Positions 29,493 to 38,055 of a stretch of 64,000 nucleotides of DNA are shown here, piece by piece. Every line of letters starts with the position of its first letter. Position 1 is the first letter of the stretch. Location of the stretch: NCBI GenBank assembly GCA_963798845.1, contig CAWCUS010000006.1, positions 1,088,001 to 1,152,000 on the forward strand, read 5' to 3'. Source of the DNA: an uncultured Gemmatimonadales bacterium (GTDB lineage: Bacteria > Gemmatimonadota > Gemmatimonadetes > Longimicrobiales > RSA9). A program made the translations under genes and the position numbers. The notes beneath the pieces are model-generated. The model saw nothing but the letters and a program-made list of their open reading frames with translations. It made no database searches and was not told the DNA's origin.

Positions 29493-32151
29493 TGGTCGCC
29501 TCCAGCGCCTTCCGACGCTCCGGCGGCGGATCGCCGTTCTCCAGCACGAAGGTCACGACGCGAGGGAACAGGTCCGGGGCGAAGGCGCCGGCGCTCGTGG
29601 GGAGGAGTCGGATCAGCGCGGCCATGTCCTGCGCCACCTCCCCCTTCCGGCCGAGAATGCCCGGGAGATGGAACCCGCTCAGGAGGCGGATGTAGCGGAT
29701 CTCCGCGGCCTCGGGCGCTTCCGCCACCGCGGAATCCATGAGCGCGAAGCCGTCTCGCAGCGCCCGTAGCCGAGCGGGGGGCCACCCGCCGTGCTTTCCG
29801 CGCAGCGCCGTGAACGAACCCGCGTACGCCCGCAGCACCAGGTCCAGCCGAGACGACGGCGCCGGGCGACGCCGCTCCCTGAGCGCCCCGATCGCCTCGA
29901 GCCCCGCGTCCACCGCCCGCTCCTCGTCCACGCCCAGTTCCCACAGCCGGCGCACCGCGTCCAGCGCGGCATCCGCCGGGGCCCGCGGCAAGGAGACGGC
30001 CGACACCGACGCCGGTCCGACCACCAGCGCGGCGGGCGGGCCGGCTTCGGCAGAAATCGCGGCGGGCGCATGAACCGGGGCGGGCATGGGCCTGGCCGGC
30101 GGCGCGGACTGCGAACCCGGCGGCGTCTGGGCCGCGACCCCGGCCGCGGCGAGGAACGCGACGAAGACCAGGCCGAGGGCGGCGGCGAGGCGGACGCAGG
30201 AGCACGGCCTTCGCCGCATCACCGCGAGTCGCCGGAGCGCGGCGCCGCCCAGCCGCAGCTTTGTCCGCAGCGTCGTGTGGGCCCGTCGCGTGAGCGTGTC
30301 GTGCCGGGTCCGTCGGATGTCGTCGTGGATGCCTCGATACAGCGCCGCCGCCACGGCCACGGGCCGCCGGAAGAAGCCGGGGAGGAGCGGGATCGCAGCG
30401 GCGGCGACGTCGTACTCGGCTTCGGCCGCGTCGAGGAGGCGCTCGATCACGGCGCGGAGCCCGTCGCCCGGGGCACCAGCCTCCATCATCCGGACCAGGT
30501 CCGCGCGCGAGAGGCTCTCCTGCGCCAGCCATTCGGCCGGGATGTACACGCGCCCGACGCGGAGGTCCTCGCCCACATCGCGGGCGATGTTCGTGAGCTG
30601 CATGGCGTGCCCCAACGATGACGCCCGCGTGAGCATCCAAGGGTCGCGGATGCCGAACAGCTCGCACAGCCACAGGCCGACCACCGACGCGACGCGGTAC
30701 GTGTAGCGTCGCAGATCCGCGAGCGTCGCGTAGGAGTCCCCTCGCACGTCCATGCGCATCCCCTCGATCAGCTCTGCGGCGTAGCCGAACGGCACCCCCG
30801 CGGCGCGCATGTCCGACATGACTCGGTCCGCCAGGTCGTTGCCGGTGCGCTCCCCGCGATAGGCGCGGCCGGAGACGTCGAGCCAGGCATCCAGGCGCGC
30901 CTCCAGCGCCGGCTCGGGCAGCGCCCCCCCGTCCCCCGCGTCCCCCCCGTCCACCAGCTCGTCGGTGTAGCGACACCAGGCGTATACGCCCGCCACGTGG
31001 CGGCGGCGCGCCGCCGGGAAGAGGCGCGAGGCGAAGTGGAACGAGCGGGCGTGGGTGCGCAGGAGGTCTTCCCAGCCATCGACCGGCGGGAGCGCGGCCG
31101 CGGCCCGCTCACGCGCCGGCGAAGGGATCGCCTCACGCGCCGGCGAGGGGATCGCCGCCGCCGGCGCCCGCGGCCCATCGGGCCGGAGCATGGCAGCGGC
31201 CTCCTCGGCCCGGACGATCCAACCGCCGAGGAGCTCACCGATGATCGCGTCGCCCGGCAGCAGCTCGCCGGCCTCGGCGGCCACGCGAACGGCCTCGTCG
31301 CGGAGCCGCTCCACGGCGCGGTCCACGGGGGCCGTCCCAGCGTGGTCGGGACGGCCGAGCCGCCGCATCACCTCCTCCGCCGGGAGATGCCCATGGGCGT
31401 CCACGAACTCCAGCGGCCACGTCCACAGGCCCCGCCCGTGATCCGCCAGCGCCGCCTTTCCCCCGCCCGCACCCGGACAGTAGTCGAGGAGGTCGTCCAG
31501 CATCTGGTAGACCAGGCCGATGCGCCGTCCGAGCTCGTAATGCCGCGGCGCGGCGGGGTGCCCCGCCAGCACCGCCGGCGCTGCCAGCGCGGCGCCGAGC
31601 AGCTCTCCCGACTTCCCCAGCAGGATCTCCTCGTACTCGCCCGGACCGGGCGGCCGGCCGGCCACCGCCTGCGCCCGCTCCCCCGCAACCGTCCGCTCCA
31701 CCGCGCGGGCGAACCGGTCGACCCACGCCAGGCTCCGCGTCGCCGCGGCCAGCCGGTAGGCCGAGGTCAGGAGATGATCCCCTTCCACCAGCGCCGCCCC
31801 CACCCCGCGAGCCGCGACCACCGTGGGCGCCCCGCGGCGAATCGGCGCGCCGTCGATCACATCGTCGTGCAGCAGCGATGCTTCGTGCGCCAGCTGCACC
31901 GCGCCGAGTGCCCGCCAGAGCCGGAGCTCCTCGGGCGAGCCCGGCGCCGCGGGCGCGATCCGGCGCGAGGCAGCCCACCCCACGAGAGGTCGGATCCGCC
32001 TGCCCTCCCAGGCAGGCACCGGCATCCCGGCCGCCCTCAGCTCCTCCCCCACCCGCGCCAGCCCTTCGGCTACGCGCGACGATGCGCCCGCGAGCACGCT
32101 CCTCGACCCCTCTCCCCGCCCCGCAACGGCGCCGCCGGGCCCCCTCATCAC
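29455..32151 (-). CDS. crtB: Polyprenyl diphosphate synthase fused to phytoene synthase, plus a C-terminal hydrophobic helix and helical domain (may be a separate gene from 30219)
   Basis: GRRIRP, HDDVID..RRG, QMLDDLLD; then ARSFHFA, CRYTDELVD, GMRMD, QLTNIARDVGED..GRVYIP; then LAAALGLVFVAFLAAAGVAAQ. Confidence 0.88.
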   Translation of the reverse strand: MMRGPGGAVAGRGEGSRSVLAGASSRVAEGLARVGEELRAAGMPVPAWEGRRIRPLVGWAASRRIAPAAPGSPEELRLWRALGAVQLAHEASLLHDDVIDGAPIRRGAPTVVAARGVGAALVEGDHLLTSAYRLAAATRSLAWVDRFARAVERTVAGERAQAVAGRPPGPGEYEEILLGKSGELLGAALAAPAVLAGHPAAPRHYELGRRIGLVYQMLDDLLDYCPGAGGGKAALADHGRGLWTWPLEFVDAHGHLPAEEVMRRLGRPDHAGTAPVDRAVERLRDEAVRVAAEAGELLPGDAIIGELLGGWIVRAEEAAAMLRPDGPRAPAAAIPSPAREAIPSPARERAAAALPPVDGWEDLLRTHARSFHFASRLFPAARRRHVAGVYAWCRYTDELVDGGDAGDGGALPEPALEARLDAWLDVSGRAYRGERTGNDLADRVMSDMRAAGVPFGYAAELIEGMRMDVRGDSYATLADLRRYTYRVASVVGLWLCELFGIRDPWMLTRASSLGHAMQLTNIARDVGEDLRVGRVYIPAEWLAQESLSRADLVRMMEAGAPGDGLRAVIERLLDAAEAEYDVAAAAIPLLPGFFRRPVAVAAALYRGIHDDIRRTRHDTLTRRAHTTLRTKLRLGGAALRRLAVMRRRPCSCVRLAAALGLVFVAFLAAAGVAAQTPPGSQSAPPARPMPAPVHAPAAISAEAGPPAALVVGPASVSAVSLPRAPADAALDAVRRLWELGVDEERAVDAGLEAIGALRERRRPAPSSRLDLVLRAYAGSFTALRGKHGGWPPARLRALRDGFALMDSAVAEAPEAAEIRYIRLLSGFHLPGILGRKGEVAQDMAALIRLLPTSAGAFAPDLFPRVVTFVLENGDPPPERRKALEATISDPSAWPPPGR
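31108..31155. repeat. 24-bp tandem duplication in the interdomain linker (AIPSPARE x2)
   Basis: CTCACGCGCCGGCGA(A/G)GGGATCGC twice, one mismatch. Confidence 0.85.
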
Positions 32152-33038
32152 CGCACCACCTCACCGCCCGACGACGCCGCTGAACGGACCACGGACAGGA
32201 CCGGTCCACGCGGGCTCCGCCGCCACCCCACCAGCGCGACCACCCCGAGCACCGCCACGGGCGCCAGCACGGCGCCCCACAGCCCGGCCGCGGCTGCCAG
32301 GCCGAGCGGGAGCACCAGGTTGGCCGTGTAAAAGCCCGCCAGCCACGCCGGCGACACACCCGACAGCCAGCTCCGCCCACCCGTCCCCTCCAGCACGCCC
32401 ATCAGTACCAGCCCGGTCACGTACCACCCCACCACGTTCGTCAGCGGCATCCCGTAGTACGGCCCGCGCTCCCCCCACGCCCAGTATCGCGTCACCTCGC
32501 TCATCGCCGGGTCCAGCACCAGGTCCCACGCCAGAAGCAGCAGCGAACCCGCCAGCAACCGCGCCCAGCGGCCCCGCTCCCGCATCACGCGCAGCGCCAG
32601 ACCGTACGACGGAACTGCCATGTAGAACCAGCTCAGCGGGATCAGCACTGGCACCAGACCGAGCCACTTCACACCCAGCAGAGACGTGTATTGGTATGGC
32701 CCGAACGGAACCCCCCACGATGTCCCCAGCAGCTCGCTTCCCAGGCTCGCCGCGTACACCAGAGCCAGCGACGGAAGCCACGCTGGCCCCGCCCGCCGCC
32801 ACAGCACCACTCCCAGCACGCCCGCCGCCAGCAGCACCTGACCGCGTCCGAACAGCCCGAACGACGCTGCGTAGAAACGCGCCGCGCCCACACCCATCGC
32901 CGCCACCCGCGCCGGGTCCCGGCCGTACAGCGCGTACCCGCCCGCCGCCACCAGCGCGAACGCCGCCAGCACCGCCACCCCCGCCACATCCACCCACTCC
33001 GCCCGGCGGCGTCCTTCCACGTTCGTGGGCCCGCTCAT
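32148..33038 (-). CDS. cruF: Carotenoid 1,2-hydratase, CruF family
   Basis: ELLGTSWGVPFGPYQY, VPVLIPLSWF, WDLVLDPAM, YYGMPLTNVVGW; carotenoid context. Confidence 0.85.
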   Translation of the reverse strand: MSGPTNVEGRRRAEWVDVAGVAVLAAFALVAAGGYALYGRDPARVAAMGVGAARFYAASFGLFGRGQVLLAAGVLGVVLWRRAGPAWLPSLALVYAASLGSELLGTSWGVPFGPYQYTSLLGVKWLGLVPVLIPLSWFYMAVPSYGLALRVMRERGRWARLLAGSLLLLAWDLVLDPAMSEVTRYWAWGERGPYYGMPLTNVVGWYVTGLVLMGVLEGTGGRSWLSGVSPAWLAGFYTANLVLPLGLAAAAGLWGAVLAPVAVLGVVALVGWRRSPRGPVLSVVRSAASSGGEVVR

Positions 33039-33066
33039 CCGCCTCGCTCCGTTTGTGTGGACAGAA

Positions 33067-33143
33067 CGAATAGCGAGGCGTCTATGTATTGTCAAGGTTT
33101 AATCTGATCCTATCTTGACGCAGACGGGCCGGGCACGTAGGTT
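33067..33143. promoter_or_regulatory. Back-to-back promoters and candidate CarH operator
   Basis: + strand TTGACG(33115)-N17-TAGGTT(33138); - strand TTGACA(33095)-N17-TATTCG; - strand hexamers CAGATT/TTGACA/TAGACG at 11-bp spacing; AT-rich island. Confidence 0.7.
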
Positions 33144-33233
33144 CGGGCGAGATCTGGAGGGGCGGGCGAGCGGGTGTCGAAGTGTTGCGGCGCGAGGCCG
33201 AGCGGCGGGTCGGGGCGAGGAGAGGAGAGCGGG

Positions 33234-34154
33234 ATGGCGCGAGCGGGGGAAGGGCGGCACCCGATGGGCGTAGTCGTGCAGCGGACCGGGTTGTCGCCGC
33301 ACGTGCTGCGGGCGTGGGAGCGTCGGTACGGTGCGGTGGCGCCGGGGCGTACGGAAGGTGGACAACGGCTGTACAGCGATGCGGACGTGGTGCGCCTGGG
33401 TCTGCTGAGGCGGGCGACGGAAGGGGGCCGAAGCATCGGGAGCGTGGCCGGGCTCGCGCTGGAGGAGCTGGTGGCGCTGGTGGGGGAGGATGTTGCGGCG
33501 GTGGGCGCGAGCGGTGCGGGCGGCGGTCGGGACGTCGGGTGGTATCTGGGGGCGTGCGTGGCGGCGGCGGAGGGGATGGACCCGGTTGCGCTGCGGTCGG
33601 AGCTGATGCGGGCGGTGGTGCGACTGGAGGTGGACGGCTTCGTGACGGGTGTCGTGGGACCGCTGCTCGAGAGGGTGGGTTCGTTGTGGGAGTCGGGGTC
33701 GCTGCGACCGGCGCAGGAGCACGTGGTATCGACCGCGGTTCGGCAGGTGCTGGACTGGCTGCTGAGCCAGCTTCCGTCGGAGTCGGGCGCGCCGCTGATG
33801 GTGTTGGGAACGCCGAGGGGGGAGCTGCACGAGTTCGGGGCGATGCTGGCGGCGGTGGTGGCCGCCGACGCGGGCTGGCGGGTCCTGTACCTGGGCCCGT
33901 CGCTTCCGGCGGCGGAGATCGCGATGGCGGCCGAGCGGTCGGGTGCAGGGGTGGTGGGGGTGAGCGTGGTGGCGGCGGAGGGCGGGGAGGCGGTGGAGGA
34001 GCTGCGGGCGCTGCGCGGGCGGCTGTCTGCCGGGATCCCGTTGCTGGTGGGCGGGAGGCAGTCGAGGGGGTGCGAGGTAGGGGGCGTGACGCGGGTCCGC
34101 GACCTGGCGTCGCTGCGTGAGGTGCTGTCGACCGCGCAGGGGGGAGTGTCGTGA
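33234..34154 (+). CDS. carH: CarH/LitR-type MerR-family cobalamin-binding photoregulator
   Basis: LRAWERRYG, GQRLYS, W-x9-EH (WESGSLRPAQEH), ExHxxG (ELHEFG), YLGPSLP. Confidence 0.92.
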   Translation: MARAGEGRHPMGVVVQRTGLSPHVLRAWERRYGAVAPGRTEGGQRLYSDADVVRLGLLRRATEGGRSIGSVAGLALEELVALVGEDVAAVGASGAGGGRDVGWYLGACVAAAEGMDPVALRSELMRAVVRLEVDGFVTGVVGPLLERVGSLWESGSLRPAQEHVVSTAVRQVLDWLLSQLPSESGAPLMVLGTPRGELHEFGAMLAAVVAADAGWRVLYLGPSLPAAEIAMAAERSGAGVVGVSVVAAEGGEAVEELRALRGRLSAGIPLLVGGRQSRGCEVGGVTRVRDLASLREVLSTAQGGVS

Positions 34155-35617
34155 TGCGGGCAGTCGTGATCGGGAGCGGATTCGGGGGCCTGGCCGCGGC
34201 CGTGCGCCTCCGGGCGAAGGGGTACGCCGTGACGGTCCTGGAAGCGTTGGACCGGCCGGGCGGGCGAGCGCGGGTGATCGAGAAGGACGGCTTCCGTTTC
34301 GACGCGGGTCCGACGGTGATCACCGCGCCGTACCTGCTGCACGAGCTGTTCGAGCTGCTGGGCCGGGACTCGCGCGACTATTTCGAGCTGGTGCCGGTGG
34401 ATCCGTTCTACAGGATCCTGTTCCCGGACGGAGCGACGTTCGACTACGTCGGGGACGAAGGGCGGCTGCTGGCGCAGATCGAGGCGCTGAGCCCGCGGGA
34501 CGTGGACAACTATCGTCGTCTGGCGGAAGAAGCGAAGCGGATCTTCGACGTCGGCTACACCCGGCTGGCGGACCGTCCGTTCCACCGCTGGACGACGATG
34601 GCGCGGGTGATCCCGTCGATGGTGCGGCTGAAGAGCTATCGCAGCGTGCACGCCCTTGTTTCGCGCTACATCAGGGACGAGCGACTGCGCCAGGCGTTTA
34701 CGTTCGAGCCGCTGCTGGTGGGCGGGAATCCGTTCGACGCCCCGTCCCTCTACCTGCTGATCCACTGGCTGGAGCGGAAGTGGGGGGTCCACTTCGCGCT
34801 GGGCGGCACCGGTGGGATCGTGGAGGGGCTGGTCCGGCTGCTTGAGGAGAACGGGGTGGAAGTGCGCCTGGCGTCGCCCGTGGAGGAAGTGGTGGTGCGG
34901 GACGGAAGGGCGAGGGGCGTGATCACCGCGGACGGAGAGCGGGTCGATGCGGACGTGGTGGTGAGCAACGCCGACCCCTCCTGGGTCTACCGCCACATGC
35001 TGGCCCGGTGCGACGCGCCCCGGGGCCGGCGACAGGCGTCCCGCATGCGGTCATCGCCCAGCCTGTTCGTCGGCTACTTCGGCACCGACCGCGTGTACGA
35101 CCGTCTCGCCCACCACACGATCGTGCTGGGCCCGCGCTACCGTCCGCTTCTCGACGACATCTATCGGAAGCGCGTCCTCGCCGACGACTTCTCCCTCTAT
35201 CTGCACGCGCCCGCCCGCACGGATCCGGGCATGGCGCCGCCGGGGCGGGACGCGTTCTACGTCCTCTCGCCCGTGCCGAACACGCGTAGCGGCGTGGACT
35301 GGAGCGCGCGGGCGGACGGCTATTTCGACCGCATCCTCGAGGTGCTCGAATGGCGGCTCATGCCGGGGCTGCGCGACGCCGTGGTGACACGCACGGCCAT
35401 GACGCCGGCCGACTTCGAGCATACGCTGCGCTCCGTGGACGGTGCGGCGTTCGGCCCCGAGCCGATGCTCACCCAGTCCGCGTGGTTCCGCTACCACAAC
35501 CGCGCGCCGGACGTCGACGGCCTCTACTTTGTCGGCGCTGGGACACACCCGGGAGCCGGCGTGCCGGGGGTGCTGTCGTCTGCACGCGTGCTGGACCGGC
35601 TGCTGCCCGCGGCATAG
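34154..35617 (+). CDS. crtI: Phytoene desaturase
   Basis: VIGSGFGGL, FDAGPTVIT, LLVGGNPF, GAAFGPEP..QSAWFR, GAGTHPGAGVPGV; TGATG coupling with carH. Confidence 0.95.
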   Translation: MRAVVIGSGFGGLAAAVRLRAKGYAVTVLEALDRPGGRARVIEKDGFRFDAGPTVITAPYLLHELFELLGRDSRDYFELVPVDPFYRILFPDGATFDYVGDEGRLLAQIEALSPRDVDNYRRLAEEAKRIFDVGYTRLADRPFHRWTTMARVIPSMVRLKSYRSVHALVSRYIRDERLRQAFTFEPLLVGGNPFDAPSLYLLIHWLERKWGVHFALGGTGGIVEGLVRLLEENGVEVRLASPVEEVVVRDGRARGVITADGERVDADVVVSNADPSWVYRHMLARCDAPRGRRQASRMRSSPSLFVGYFGTDRVYDRLAHHTIVLGPRYRPLLDDIYRKRVLADDFSLYLHAPARTDPGMAPPGRDAFYVLSPVPNTRSGVDWSARADGYFDRILEVLEWRLMPGLRDAVVTRTAMTPADFEHTLRSVDGAAFGPEPMLTQSAWFRYHNRAPDVDGLYFVGAGTHPGAGVPGVLSSARVLDRLLPAA

Positions 35618-35717
35618 CCGGCCCCCGGGTGCGGTCGCTTCGACTGGCCCGGCGCTTGCCCGGCGCACGGGCGGATTCGGCGAGGGCGAGGATCGGACCG
35701 GACGGAGGCGTCGCGAC

Positions 35718-36542
35718 GTGAAGAAGAAGTGGTGGCTGGCGGGCGGCGCGGCCGCGGCTCTGGGCTATGCGGTGCTGGTGGAGCCGCGCTGGCTCGAGCG
35801 TCGCCACGAGAGGATCCACATCGCCGCGCTGCCGTCGGGGCTCGAGGGGCTGCGCCTGGGGGTGCTGTCGGACCTGCACGTGCGCGGGCGGCGTGAGGCC
35901 GGCCTCGTCCGGCGCGCCGTGCGCGCGCTCTCGGCGGCCAGGCCGGACATGGTGGCCGTGACCGGAGATTTCGCCGAGGACGCCGAGGGGCTGGAGCTGG
36001 TGCTGGACGCGCTCACGCCGCTGTCCGCCCAGCTCGGCGTCTATGCCGTGCCGGGCAACCACGACTTCAAGAGCGGTATCGAGCGCTGGCACCGCGCAGT
36101 GGGCCGCCGCAAGGCGATCACCGACCTGACCAACCGCTACGTCGCGCTGGAGCACGCCGGCGGCCGCGTGTGCGTGGCCGGTGTCGACGACCTGGTCGAA
36201 GGCGAGCCCCGCCTCGTGCTCCCCCCGCCCGCGACGCGGGACCTGACCATCGTCCTCGCCCACTCCCCCGATCAGGCCGAGCGCTGCCGCCGATCCTACG
36301 ACGCCGTGGACCTCATCGTCAGCGGCCACACCCACGGCGGGCAGGTGCGCCTCCCGGTCGTGGGAGCACCCGTCAACTCCGCCGAGAATCCGGACCTGTA
36401 CGAGGACGGGCTCCGGCGCCGTCCCTGGACCCAGGTCTACACGTCGCGCGGCGTCGGAACGTCCGGCTTCCACATCCGCTTCATGGCTCGACCCGAAGTC
36501 TCCGTCCTCGACCTCACCCGCGCCCCGCGCCCGCCTCGCTGA
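35718..36542 (+). CDS. Metallophosphoesterase (YkuE-like), N-terminal membrane anchor
   Basis: SDLH, TGD, GNHD, AHSPD, GHTHGGQ, SRGVG; GGAGG RBS. Confidence 0.9.
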   Translation: MKKKWWLAGGAAAALGYAVLVEPRWLERRHERIHIAALPSGLEGLRLGVLSDLHVRGRREAGLVRRAVRALSAARPDMVAVTGDFAEDAEGLELVLDALTPLSAQLGVYAVPGNHDFKSGIERWHRAVGRRKAITDLTNRYVALEHAGGRVCVAGVDDLVEGEPRLVLPPPATRDLTIVLAHSPDQAERCRRSYDAVDLIVSGHTHGGQVRLPVVGAPVNSAENPDLYEDGLRRRPWTQVYTSRGVGTSGFHIRFMARPEVSVLDLTRAPRPPR

Positions 36543-36733
36543 GCCGGCCCCCCCTCCCCCCCTCGCTGAGCCAGGCCCCGCATCGCTGAACCGCGCTCCC
36601 GCCTCCTGTCGACGGCCGGCGGTCAAACGGCACCGGGAGGAGGCCATTCTCTTCTGGCCCTCCTCCTGCGCTCCGGGCATATTGTGAATCCCTTCCGATG
36701 CCGGACTCCGTTCACCCTCACCCGAGAGGCCGC

Positions 36734-37168
36734 ATGAGGATCAGCGACATCCTCCACACCAAGGGCAGCGAAGTCATCTCCGTCGCGCCGAACCAGACGG
36801 TCCTCACGGCGGTGCGCATCCTCTCCGAGCACCGGATCGGCGCGCTGGTGGTGCGGACCGGCGACGAGGTGCTCGGCATCCTGACCGAGCGCGACGTCCT
36901 GGACCTGGCGGCGGGTGACCCCCGAAGAGTCGAATCCACGCGCGTGGAGGACGTGATGACGTCGGACGTGCTGGTGGCTGTCCCGGAGGACGACCTCGAG
37001 TACGTCATGAACATCATGACGGAGAACCGGGTGCGCCATCTTCCCATCGTGGTGGATGGTCGGCTCGAGGGGATCGTCTCCATCGGGGACGTGGTGAACG
37101 CGGTGCGCCGCGGCATGGAGGCGGAGAACCGCCACCTCAAGGACTACATCCACGGGGTGCTCGGCTGA
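36734..37168 (+). CDS. CBS-domain pair protein
   Basis: GILTERD, VRHLPIV, GIVSIGDVV, ends LKDYIHG. Confidence 0.92.
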   Translation: MRISDILHTKGSEVISVAPNQTVLTAVRILSEHRIGALVVRTGDEVLGILTERDVLDLAAGDPRRVESTRVEDVMTSDVLVAVPEDDLEYVMNIMTENRVRHLPIVVDGRLEGIVSIGDVVNAVRRGMEAENRHLKDYIHGVLG

Positions 37169-38046
37169 CCCGCTGGCTCACCGCCCTGCTCTCGCGGGCC
37201 ACCGGCCGGCTCGCGCGGATTCCACTGCCGGGGCCGCTCCGCGGACCGCTCCTCGGGGCGGCCGCCTGGCTCCTCCGCATGGACCTGGGCGAGGCGGAGG
37301 CGCCGCTCGGGGAGTTCCGCTCGCTGGACGACCTCTTCGTCCGACGCCTGAGGGCGGGCGCGCGCGCGTGGCCGGCCGCCGAGGGTGTGGCGGCGTCGCC
37401 GGTGGACGGCGTGGTCGGAGAGGCGGGCCGGGTCCGCGGTGGGCGGGTGCTGCAGGCGAAAGGGCGCTGGTACACGGTGTCCGAGCTGCTTGGCGACGAC
37501 GCGCTGGCCGACCGCTTTCGGGGCGGGAGCTATCTCACCCTCTACCTCGCGCCCCGGCACTACCACCGGATCCACGCGCCTGTGTCGGGGCGGATCCCGT
37601 GGGCGCGCCACATCCCGGGCAGGCTCCTGCCGGTGAGCTCGCCGGCCGTGCGCCGGTTCGATCGGCTGTTTCCGCGGAACGAGCGGCTGGTGGCGCTGAT
37701 GGAGCCCGCGGCGGAAGTCGAAGGCGTCGGCGAGGAGGCCGTCGCCGACGGGGGGGCCGGCGCCGTGGCGGTGGTCGCGGTGGGTGCGTTCAACGTGGGT
37801 CGCATCACGGCCGACTTCGACGCGTCGCTGGTGACGAACCGGGCCGGGGTCCGGGCCGAGACCCGGCGCTACGAGCCTGCGGTGCGGGTGGAGCGTGGCG
37901 AGCCGCTCATGGCGTTCCACCTCGGCTCGACGGTGGTGCTCCTGTTCGAGAGGCCGATGGCGCTGCGGCAGGATCTGGAGTCAGGCGGCGAGATCCGGCT
38001 GGGTGAAGCGCTCGAGACGTTGAGGAAAGCGGGTCGCGGGGTCTAG
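37165..38046 (+). CDS. psd: Phosphatidylserine decarboxylase proenzyme; probable CTG start (first ATG at 37279)
   Basis: SPVDG, YLAPRHYHRIHAP, NERLV, VGAFNVG, LGST cleavage motif; in-frame upstream LLSRATGRLA resembles a Psd N-terminus. Confidence 0.9.
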   Translation: MTRWLTALLSRATGRLARIPLPGPLRGPLLGAAAWLLRMDLGEAEAPLGEFRSLDDLFVRRLRAGARAWPAAEGVAASPVDGVVGEAGRVRGGRVLQAKGRWYTVSELLGDDALADRFRGGSYLTLYLAPRHYHRIHAPVSGRIPWARHIPGRLLPVSSPAVRRFDRLFPRNERLVALMEPAAEVEGVGEEAVADGGAGAVAVVAVGAFNVGRITADFDASLVTNRAGVRAETRRYEPAVRVERGEPLMAFHLGSTVVLLFERPMALRQDLESGGEIRLGEALETLRKAGRGV

Positions 38047-38055
38047 ATTCTCCGC

